Shown here: piece after piece, positions 8,127-16,061 of the stretch
Layout of the letters: each line of letters begins with the position of its first letter
How positions within the stretch are numbered: the stretch's first letter is position 1
Virus record (IMG/VR): IMGVR_UViG_3300042559_001567
Span: 1 to 64,000 of that record
Length of the DNA: 64,000 nt
Direction: 5' to 3' (one strand)
From: an uncultured virus (IMG/VR IMGVR_UViG_3300042559_001567)
Lineage: Duplodnaviria; Heunggongvirae; Uroviricota; Caudoviricetes
Notes under the pieces: model-generated
What the model was told of the DNA's origin: nothing
What the model saw: only the letters and a program-made list of their open reading frames with translations
Database searches by the model: none
Translations under genes and position numbers: made by a program

Positions 8127-8305
8127 TATTTTACGGATGAACCGTCTGCAGGAATTTGTGCAGTTGTTGAATCTGTCGCAGATACTGCGGCAGTGTCTAC
8201 TTGAACCGCAGTTGAGTCAGTTGTTTCAGTTGCGGTTGACCCTGAACCACATGCAGTTAGTGTAAGTGCTACACCAAGTGCTAAGATAAATGTATATTTT
8301 TTCAT
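8126..8305 (-). CDS. Small lipoprotein (59 aa)
   Basis: Start at ATG 8305; MKKYTFILALGVALTLTA|C lipobox; Thr/Ser/Asp/Ala-rich mature part. Confidence 0.8.
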   Translation of the reverse strand: MKKYTFILALGVALTLTACGSGSTATETTDSTAVQVDTAAVSATDSTTAQIPADGSSVK

Positions 8306-8350
8306 ATAATGTAAATATACGAAAATCCGTTGATAAAACCAAATTTTAAT

Positions 8351-8455
8351 AAAAAACCCCAACGAGATGTCGGGGTTTAAGGTCTTTGGGTGGGTTCAAC
8401 CCCACTTACTTATGAAAATAAAACGAAAAGGTAATCGACAAAGAGAACCTCCAAG
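8351..8455 (-). ncRNA. Candidate ~100-nt structured small RNA (sRNA-2)
   Basis: Minus-strand TTG-N19-TATATTTA and an overlapping TATTTATA (8465-8458) upstream; closing stem, GTGGG/CCCAC hairpin, AAACCCC/GGGGTTT terminator plus U run; no credible ORF. Confidence 0.5.
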
Positions 8456-8493
8456 AATATAAATATATATAACTTTAATAAAAAGTCAACTAT

Positions 8494-10512
8494 TTATAAC
8501 AATTTTTTTGAAATTGTTAATTTTTCATCTTTATATTTAAGAGTTATTGGTTCGTTTTCCTTTATATTTCCTCTTAGTATTTCTTCACTTAAAAAATCTT
8601 CACAAAGATTTTGAATGATTCGTTTTAAAGGACGAGCACCATATTCTTCTTGACTGTTTAATTCAAAAATTCTATTTGTAACGGTTTTATCAAAAGTTAC
8701 TAAGAAATTTTTATCTAACAATCTACTGTTTAATTTACCAACCTCTATTTGAATTATTTTCTTAAGAGTTTCTTCGTTAAGTGCATTGAATAATATTACG
8801 TCATCAATACGATTTAAAAATTCAGGATTGAATTGTTGTTTTAATGCCTTTTGTATCATTGATTTTCTTACCTCATACTTTTGAGTTTCGCTCGATGATG
8901 TATTAAAACCAACACCTCCACCAAATTCAGAAACTCTTTTAGCTCCTAAATTGGATGTCATGATAACCAAACAATTTGTGAAGTTTATTTTTCGACCAAA
9001 TGAATCTGTTAAATGTCCTTCATCTAAAATTTGTAATAATAGATTAAAAACGTCTTTATGTGCTTTTTCAATCTCATCAAATAAAATAACAGAGAATGGG
9101 TTGTTTTTAACCTTTTCAGTTAATTGACCACCTTCATCGTATCCAACGTAACCCGGAGGAGAACCGATTAATTTAGAAACATTGTGTCTATCCATAAACT
9201 CACTCATATCAACACGAATGATTTTTTCAGGGTCACCAAATAAAAGATTGGCTAATGATTTCGCTAAATGTGTTTTACCAACACCCGTAGATCCTAAAAA
9301 GATAAATGAACCTATAGGTTTATTTGCATCTTTGATTCCAACACGATTCCTTCTAATTGCTTTTGATATTGTTGTAATTGCTTCTTCTTGTCCAATTACT
9401 TTATCAGTCAATAAGGTTTCCATTTTTAACAGTTTTTCTGTTTCCTTACTATCAAGTTTAGTAATTGGTACACCAGTCATTTCGGAAACTATGGTATAAA
9501 CATCATCAACGGACACAGGAATTTTATTCCCCTTTTGTTTTTCTGACCATTTTACCTTTTCGTTTTCAAGTTTATCAAAAATTTTCTTTTCTTCATCTCT
9601 TAATTTTGCCGCTTGTTCATAATTTTGAGATTTAACAACTTGTATTTTTCTTTCTTTTATCTCATCAATCAATTTTTTTAATTTTTCAATTGATTCGGGT
9701 ACTCTACTCGATACTCTTTTTTCTGAACCTAATTCGTCTATTACATCAATCGCCTTATCAGGAAATTGTCTATCTGTAATGTATCTACCAGAAAGTTTAA
9801 CAATTGTTTCTATTACATTTTCCTCATAAGATACCCTATGAAATGTTTCATATGACTCTTTTAAATTTTTAAGAATCTCAACTGTTTCTGCCATCGTAGG
9901 TTCTTTCAAAATTACCTTCTGAAATCTTCTAACTAATGCGGAATCTTTTTCGATGTGTTTTTTAAATTCATCAAAAGTAGTTGCACCAATACATTGAATT
10001 TCACCACGAGCCAAAGCCGGTTTCATAATATTTGCAGCATCCATCGCACCACTCGCATTACCTGCACCCACCATTGTGTGTAATTCATCAATAAACACGA
10101 TTACATTTGGTGATTCTTGTAATTCGTTTAAAATTGCTTTAATACGTTCTTCAAATTGTCCACGATATTTTGTACCAGCAACAAGTGAAGTTAAATCTAA
10201 AGACATAATTCGCTTATCTAATAAATTTGTTGGACAATCTCCTTTAACAATCATTAAAGCAAGTTTTTCAACAAGTGCGGACTTACCAACACCGGCATCA
10301 CCAACAATAACCGCATTATTTTTCTTTTTACGTGAAAGAATTTGAGCTATTCTTTTCACTTCTTTATCCCTACCAACAACGGGATCAATTTTACCTTCTT
10401 CTGCGAGTTTAATTAAATCTCTTGAGAAGTTATCTAAAATTGGTGTGGTTGAACCTTTGCGTCCCTTTTTAGGGGTTGAGGTTGGTCCGTCCTCAAAGAA
10501 ATCTACTGCCAT
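8494..10512 (-). CDS. clpC: ClpC-type AAA+ ATPase lacking the N-terminal Clp-repeat domain
   Basis: LDNFSRDL..DPVVGR, Walker A GDAGVGKS and GSTGVGKT, VFIDELH, UVR-like M-domain QNYEQAAKLRD, GSPPGYVGY, GGGVGF loop, YGARPLKR. Confidence 0.92.
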   Translation of the reverse strand: MAVDFFEDGPTSTPKKGRKGSTTPILDNFSRDLIKLAEEGKIDPVVGRDKEVKRIAQILSRKKKNNAVIVGDAGVGKSALVEKLALMIVKGDCPTNLLDKRIMSLDLTSLVAGTKYRGQFEERIKAILNELQESPNVIVFIDELHTMVGAGNASGAMDAANIMKPALARGEIQCIGATTFDEFKKHIEKDSALVRRFQKVILKEPTMAETVEILKNLKESYETFHRVSYEENVIETIVKLSGRYITDRQFPDKAIDVIDELGSEKRVSSRVPESIEKLKKLIDEIKERKIQVVKSQNYEQAAKLRDEEKKIFDKLENEKVKWSEKQKGNKIPVSVDDVYTIVSEMTGVPITKLDSKETEKLLKMETLLTDKVIGQEEAITTISKAIRRNRVGIKDANKPIGSFIFLGSTGVGKTHLAKSLANLLFGDPEKIIRVDMSEFMDRHNVSKLIGSPPGYVGYDEGGQLTEKVKNNPFSVILFDEIEKAHKDVFNLLLQILDEGHLTDSFGRKINFTNCLVIMTSNLGAKRVSEFGGGVGFNTSSSETQKYEVRKSMIQKALKQQFNPEFLNRIDDVILFNALNEETLKKIIQIEVGKLNSRLLDKNFLVTFDKTVTNRIFELNSQEEYGARPLKRIIQNLCEDFLSEEILRGNIKENEPITLKYKDEKLTISKKLL

Positions 10513-10567
10513 GTGTTATTAAGTTTTGTTGGTACAAACATAACACATTTAATTCTAAAAAAAAAAT

Positions 10568-10627
10568 AAATGTCAAAATGTCTAAAAAAATGTCTAACCA
10601 ATGTCTAAATGTCAGTTTTAGACATTT
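10568..10627. promoter_or_regulatory. Array of AATGTC repeats (5 direct, 1 inverted) between divergent clpC and hsp20
   Basis: TGTC at 10571, 10579, 10591, 10602 and 10610; inverted GACATT at 10621. Confidence 0.6.
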
Positions 10628-10668
10628 GGTTTACAATTTGTAAAACATATGTTAAAAATATAAAAACT

Positions 10669-11025
10669 ATGATAACATTATTTAAAGACCCATTCTTCAC
10701 AGGATTTGATACTAACAGATTTTTATCTACTCCTGAAACTAACATTAGTAAAAGTGAAACTGAGTATTCGGTTTCGATAAGTGTACCTGGTTTAACCAAA
10801 GACGATTTAAAAATCTCAACAAAAGAAGGTATATTAAAAATCATTTACGAAAAAGAAGAAAGTGATAAAACACATCATTTTATTGGAAGTTTTGTAAAAT
10901 CTTATAATATACCTGACGATGTAAAGGAAAAAGACATTGTCGGTAAGGTTGAAAACGGAGTTCTTGAACTTACTTTACCTATTGATAGGAAAAAATCACT
11001 TGAAAGGTTAATTTCACTTAATTAA
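10669..11025 (+). CDS. Small heat-shock protein Hsp20/alpha-crystallin family
   Basis: VPGLTKDDLKI, F.KSYNIPDDV, ENGVLELTLP; ATG 10669 preferred. Confidence 0.9.
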   Translation: MITLFKDPFFTGFDTNRFLSTPETNISKSETEYSVSISVPGLTKDDLKISTKEGILKIIYEKEESDKTHHFIGSFVKSYNIPDDVKEKDIVGKVENGVLELTLPIDRKKSLERLISLN

Positions 11026-11029
11026 ATCT

Positions 11030-11052
11030 AACCCCCGTTATCGGGGGTTTTT
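11030..11052 (+). terminator. Intrinsic terminator
   Basis: AACCCCCG-ttat-CGGGGGTT followed by T run. Confidence 0.8.
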
Positions 11053-11098
11053 ATTTTGATATTTATTGTGTATATTATAGTACTAAATCAATTATATT

Positions 11099-11344
11099 AT
11101 GGCAATAATTTCAGAAACAATTAATGGAAAGATGATTGACGTTATTATCAATTCATCTAATTTAAAATCAGCTTCATTTAATACAGAAAATGAGGATTTG
11201 ACTGTCACTTTTAATAATGGTGCTATTTATGAGTATAATAAAGTTCCTTGGGCAAAGTTCACTAAGTTTAGACTTGCTGAATCACAAGGAAAATACTTCA
11301 ACGAGAATATCGCCAGAAGTCATAAGTACACAAAAAAAGGATGA
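11099..11344 (+). CDS. KTSC-domain protein
   Basis: SSNLKSASF..LTVTFNNGAIYEYNKVP..AESQGKYFN. Confidence 0.88.
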   Translation: MAIISETINGKMIDVIINSSNLKSASFNTENEDLTVTFNNGAIYEYNKVPWAKFTKFRLAESQGKYFNENIARSHKYTKKG

Positions 11345-12087
11345 GTTTATTTGAAGAACTGATTGAGGATAAAGACGAAGATAAAAAAATTATCAAGTCC
11401 TTTAAACCAAAGGATTCACTATCGGAACAAATTTTTGAAGGTTCTGATGGTGAGTTCTCTATGCGAGATGATATCAGAAAAAATTTATTAAAGATATCAA
11501 ATGACTTTATTGAAAGTCTTGGTATTGAGTTTTTTATTCATGACATAGTTCTTACAGGTTCTTTAGCTAACTACAATTGGTCAAACTATTCTGACGTGGA
11601 TTTACATGTTTTAATTGATTTTAAAGAGACTGATTACAATTTAGATTTACTAAAGGAGTTTTTTGATGCTAAGAAAAATGTGTGGAATGAAAAGCATAAT
11701 ATCACAATTAAAGGATATGATGTTGAATTATATGTTCAGGATATTGATGAAGAACATGTATCTTCAGGAGTATATTCCATTTTAAATGATAAATGGATTG
11801 TTGAACCAGATAAGGTTAAATCCAACATTGATGATAATATGATTCTTCAAAAATCCGAAGAATACATGAAAAAAATCGATTTACTCATTAAGAAGGAAGG
11901 ACCTATTGAATCGATTGAGGGGTTAAGGAAGAAGTTAAAAGAATTTAGACAAAGTGGTTTAGAATCCGGCGGAGAGTATTCTTATGAAAACTTAACCTTT
12001 AAATTACTTAGACGAAATGGGTATATTGAAAAATTATTAAAACTAAAAACAACACTTGTAGATAAGAAATTATCTATAACACAATAA
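11341..12087 (+). CDS. Pol-beta-superfamily nucleotidyltransferase
   Basis: LTGSLANYNWSNYSDVDLH (GS..DxD) and third carboxylate in DVELYVQD; ATGA overlap with KTSC. Confidence 0.8.
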   Translation: MSLFEELIEDKDEDKKIIKSFKPKDSLSEQIFEGSDGEFSMRDDIRKNLLKISNDFIESLGIEFFIHDIVLTGSLANYNWSNYSDVDLHVLIDFKETDYNLDLLKEFFDAKKNVWNEKHNITIKGYDVELYVQDIDEEHVSSGVYSILNDKWIVEPDKVKSNIDDNMILQKSEEYMKKIDLLIKKEGPIESIEGLRKKLKEFRQSGLESGGEYSYENLTFKLLRRNGYIEKLLKLKTTLVDKKLSITQ

Positions 12088-12157
12088 AGAACCTTATTTT
12101 TTTCCCTATATCAATGTATTTATAGGATAAGAATAAGCATATCTAACAATTAATAAA

Positions 12158-13165
12158 ATGGCAGATTTAAAACCACTTGGTAGTGAAAAACTTAACGGAG
12201 ATGACAAATTAAAGAGAATTCTCGAGTTAACCTACTACAACAATAACCAATCATCAACTAAAAAATCCGAAATAGTGAAGGAGTCAACTAATGGGGGTGT
12301 TTATGGTATCGTTAAAGAAAAAGACGGATACTATGTAAAAAGGGGATTAAACGAAAGTTCTCTTGACTACATTGGTGGTATGTTTATGAAAAATAAAAAT
12401 AAATTTTCGTCTTATGCTGAGGCATTTAAAAGATTAGACCTTTTAAAGGGTCAAGAAGATTTACAAGAAGCAACAAAATATGTTTTAAAGCAAACAAAAC
12501 CACAAGAAGAGTCTCCTTTAGCGGAACCTTCTATGGATGCACCTGCAGCACCCGTAGCACCTGACGCTGGTATGGGTGTTCCACCTGCGGCCGAAGAGCC
12601 AATGGGGGATGTACCAGCAGAAGAACCAATGGGTGAATTACCTCCATCAGGTGGTGAAGAAATGGGTGGTGAAGGGAAACGCTCAGATTATATGGCGGAA
12701 GCTCAGAAGTTTGCTGGTAAATTAGGTCAAGAACTAAGAGATTTACAGGATAAAATGGAAAGTGATGACATCAAATACATTTTAAACATGATTATTTCTG
12801 CTGTTGATTTGGATAAATTAGACGATGAAGATATTGAGGACATTGCTAAGAAATTTGAAAGAGAGGAAGAAGAGATGGGTGGAGAAGAACCAATTACAGA
12901 ACCATCTGCAGAAGATGAGGTACCTGCTGAAGAACCAGTAACTGGTGATGAGGACTTAGGTGAAACTATGGATTTATTAAATAGTTTTATAGAATCACCA
13001 ATTGGTGAGGAAGATACAAACGAATTAGATTTAAGTAAATTTGCTGACATTGAAGCAAGTGAGGGACAATCTTATGAGGACGATGTTCAAGAACTTGATT
13101 TAGACGAAATTAAAAACGATATTAATCAGGCAATTAGCGAAAAATTAAGTAAATACTTTAAATAA
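12158..13165 (+). CDS. Acidic hypothetical protein, probably head-associated
   Basis: TATTTATA upstream; acidic/Pro-rich; lies upstream of terminase. Confidence 0.65.
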   Translation: MADLKPLGSEKLNGDDKLKRILELTYYNNNQSSTKKSEIVKESTNGGVYGIVKEKDGYYVKRGLNESSLDYIGGMFMKNKNKFSSYAEAFKRLDLLKGQEDLQEATKYVLKQTKPQEESPLAEPSMDAPAAPVAPDAGMGVPPAAEEPMGDVPAEEPMGELPPSGGEEMGGEGKRSDYMAEAQKFAGKLGQELRDLQDKMESDDIKYILNMIISAVDLDKLDDEDIEDIAKKFEREEEEMGGEEPITEPSAEDEVPAEEPVTGDEDLGETMDLLNSFIESPIGEEDTNELDLSKFADIEASEGQSYEDDVQELDLDEIKNDINQAISEKLSKYFK

Positions 13166-13166
13166 A

Positions 13167-13568
13167 ATGCATCTTATCTATGTTAATGAAATAGGTTCTG
13201 ATTATAAAGGACAAAAACAGTACGAATTTATCTTTAGTAAAAGTACTGAAATTGACATGGATGAGTGGTTTATTATACCAGCATCCGCATCCTCACAACC
13301 TAAATCTCCAGAAATGGAATACGTTGATTTAGTTGGGTTATTAAAAAATACAGACTTACAATTAGAATTAGTTCAAGACTCCGATTATTTCGGAGTTATT
13401 GATGCTGTAGATGGGGTGGTTGCGATGGCTTGGGAAAAATTTGATATGGATTCGGATAGTGAAAGGTTAACCTTTAAATTTGGGGAGTCGATTGATAGTG
13501 TAACAAAAAAATTAAAAATAAGAAGTTATCTTCTTATAAAAGAGGAAATTAAATTCAAAGAAATATGA
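13167..13568 (+). CDS. Hypothetical protein
   Basis: 133-aa ORF in operon. Confidence 0.7.
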   Translation: MHLIYVNEIGSDYKGQKQYEFIFSKSTEIDMDEWFIIPASASSQPKSPEMEYVDLVGLLKNTDLQLELVQDSDYFGVIDAVDGVVAMAWEKFDMDSDSERLTFKFGESIDSVTKKLKIRSYLLIKEEIKFKEI

Positions 13569-14512
13569 AAAGGTCAGAATTAGTTGATAAATTAATCAAA
13601 GAAGGTATGTCAGAAAAGACATTAGTAAAATTTACTGATAAACAACTTAACAACTTAGCTGAAAGAATGATAGGTGAAGCTATCACAACTACCGCAGATG
13701 CATTATCTAAAAGTGCCGCATTACAAAATTTAGCAAAAAAACAAGACATTAAACTTGTTGGTGAAGAAGGAGAAGTTTCTGAAGAATTAAAAGGTAATCA
13801 AAAGAAATTAGATAAGAACCACAATGGTAAAATTGATGGTCAAGATTTTAAAATATTAAGAGGTCAGAAAAAAGAAGTTAAAGAGGGTAAGAAATGTGAT
13901 AGTTGTGGAGAATCTATAAAGGATTGTAAATGTGACCATACACATATGGATGAATCTAAAGAAATAAAAAAATGGATTAATACATTGGCGGAAGAAAGTT
14001 TTCATAGTTTTACATCAAAAAATGAAATTATGGAATTAATCAATGTTAAATTAAACGAATCAGAAGTACATGAGTACGGTCCAAATGTTAAAACTGGACA
14101 CAATGGTTTACCAGAATTTATGACATATGATGCAATTGTGAGTAATGGACCAAAAATTGCACCGAGTAAACCTAAAGTTGATCCAGGTACAAAACCTAAC
14201 AAACCTAAAACACCATTTCAACCTGGACCAAAGGTAAACCCTAATCCTAAAGCATTAAGTGAGGACGATTCTAAAATCACTCCAAGTAAACCTAAGCGTG
14301 ATAACCCTTACTTACCTGACAAACCTAAAACTCCATTCCAACCAAAATCAAAAGTAAATTCTAAATCGTTGGATGAGAACAACCCTAAAATTGCACCGAG
14401 TAAACCAAAGGTTAATCCTGGTACTAAACCAAATAAACCTAAAACTCCGTTTCAACCCGGACCTAAAGTTAATCCTAACCCTAAAGCAACAACTAAGGGA
14501 GATAAAAAATAA
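13565..14512 (+). CDS. Hypothetical head-associated protein with EF-hand-like loop, Cys cluster and three Pro/Lys repeats
   Basis: DKNHNGKIDGQD; CDSCG..CKC; PKIAPSKPKV.PGTKPNKPKTPFQPGPKVNPNPKA repeats. Confidence 0.7.
   Translation: MKRSELVDKLIKEGMSEKTLVKFTDKQLNNLAERMIGEAITTTADALSKSAALQNLAKKQDIKLVGEEGEVSEELKGNQKKLDKNHNGKIDGQDFKILRGQKKEVKEGKKCDSCGESIKDCKCDHTHMDESKEIKKWINTLAEESFHSFTSKNEIMELINVKLNESEVHEYGPNVKTGHNGLPEFMTYDAIVSNGPKIAPSKPKVDPGTKPNKPKTPFQPGPKVNPNPKALSEDDSKITPSKPKRDNPYLPDKPKTPFQPKSKVNSKSLDENNPKIAPSKPKVNPGTKPNKPKTPFQPGPKVNPNPKATTKGDKK
14140..14490 (+). repeat. Three tandem ~39-codon repeats (middle copy diverged)
   Basis: aaacctaaaac(a/t)cc(a/g)tt(t/c)caacc recurs at ~14201, ~14321 and ~14435. 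Confidence 0.8.
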
Positions 14513-14521
14513 TTTACAAAT

Positions 14522-16021
14522 ATGAAATTATCTAAGAAAATTTTGTTATCTTTAATTAACGAAAATTTAAGTGAGATGGCAATGGATTTTGATACTGCTG
14601 ATAGACCAAATCCCGATTTACAATCTAAATTGGCTTCAGGAGATACACCCTTAAAAAAAATACCTTTTCCTAAAACAGGAAACGAACCTAACCAAAATTT
14701 CCAAGAACTTTTGGCTTCCGAAAGATATAGACAAATTGTAAATAATGTTAGACAATATACAAACTATCAAGGTACATTAAACGGTACTGAAATGGGTCCA
14801 TTATTAACAATGATGTATACTGCACATAACAACATCATAAGACTTGAAAATACACATAAAGAGGCTTTAGAACAATTAGCAATTGAAATTGTAAAAGAAG
14901 AAATGGGTATTGGTGAGGAGGTTGAGTTTGATGCAAAAATCGTTGGTATGAATCAAATCGATACGAGTGATTTCAATAGAGAACAAGGTCCTGAACAAAA
15001 TCCAGATGAAGTTGATGTTGAAGATGAGGAAGACGATGAGGAAAATAACCAAGAACAACCTCAAGTTAATCCCGAAAATCAAGAAGTTGAAGAAGAATTA
15101 TATATTGATTTAAAACAATTAGATTTAGAGAGAGCGAAATTAACTTTAATTAATAGTATTATCCAAGGAGCGTCAAAAAGAGGTCATTATATGTACCAAC
15201 TTGTTGGTGAGAAACTTAGAGAAATTACAGGTTCTGATGAATTATATAATGACTATGGAGTGATGATGTCGGTTAACGATGCAAACTATTGGCAATTTAG
15301 TCCTGCAATGATTAAAGGGGCTTCTGATAGTGTTGCTGGTAAAGTTAAAATGGAATTTCCTGGTGATGATGAGACAGGTGAAACCGGTGATGAGGGAGAA
15401 GAAGGTGGTGAAGAACAAGAAGAACAAAAAGTTAAAGTGATTGCGAGAGGAATTAATTTTCCAGTTTTAATACATGAATTAATAAAAGGTGTTTTTGAAA
15501 TATTAGGTAGTCACGGACAACCGGGAGAATACACAAATCCACAAGATAGGGCAATGTATCAACAAGCTCAAAAGTTAGAAAGTACATTAGAAAAAGAAAT
15601 GTGGACATTACTTTTGGGACCTGCAATTTGGGATAGAATTAGAGGACAGTTTCCAGACGAGGTAATTTTGGAAAATGGTAAGCAATTACAGAATTACATG
15701 TTAATGCACATCTTCCAACTACCAGCTAAACAGTTCTTAGTTTTAATGAAAGAAGTTGTTAGTAATAGTGAAAACGGAAAACGTTTAATGACAGATTTAA
15801 TGGCGTCAATTCAACAAATGTTTAACCAACAAGATTATGAAGAATCTTTAAATCAATTTAACGACGAATTGGAAACAATGTCAGACGAGACTGAACCGGA
15901 CGATTTAAAAGATTTTATATTAGGTATACCAGGTATTTCGTTATCAAATGACGATGACGATGACGATGATGACGATTTTGACATTTATAAAGAATTGGGG
16001 TTAGACAGACCTAAAGATTAA
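14522..16021 (+). CDS. Hypothetical acidic protein upstream of terminase
   Basis: 499-aa ORF; FPVLIHELIKG segment. Confidence 0.75.
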   Translation: MKLSKKILLSLINENLSEMAMDFDTADRPNPDLQSKLASGDTPLKKIPFPKTGNEPNQNFQELLASERYRQIVNNVRQYTNYQGTLNGTEMGPLLTMMYTAHNNIIRLENTHKEALEQLAIEIVKEEMGIGEEVEFDAKIVGMNQIDTSDFNREQGPEQNPDEVDVEDEEDDEENNQEQPQVNPENQEVEEELYIDLKQLDLERAKLTLINSIIQGASKRGHYMYQLVGEKLREITGSDELYNDYGVMMSVNDANYWQFSPAMIKGASDSVAGKVKMEFPGDDETGETGDEGEEGGEEQEEQKVKVIARGINFPVLIHELIKGVFEILGSHGQPGEYTNPQDRAMYQQAQKLESTLEKEMWTLLLGPAIWDRIRGQFPDEVILENGKQLQNYMLMHIFQLPAKQFLVLMKEVVSNSENGKRLMTDLMASIQQMFNQQDYEESLNQFNDELETMSDETEPDDLKDFILGIPGISLSNDDDDDDDDDFDIYKELGLDRPKD

Positions 16022-16024
16022 TAG

Positions 16025-16049
16025 AAAGGGAGTTTAACTCCCTTTTTTT
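16025..16049 (+). terminator. Intrinsic terminator
   Basis: AAAGGGAG-tttaa-CTCCCTTT followed by T run. Confidence 0.8.
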
Positions 16050-16061
16050 GTATTTATATAT

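Noticed and set aside
8391..8406. GTGGG-TTCAAC-CCCAC resembles a tRNA T-arm on the plus strand
   Set aside because: Loop is 6 nt rather than 7, and no acceptor stem, D-arm or anticodon arm can be built; promoter and terminator point to the minus strand
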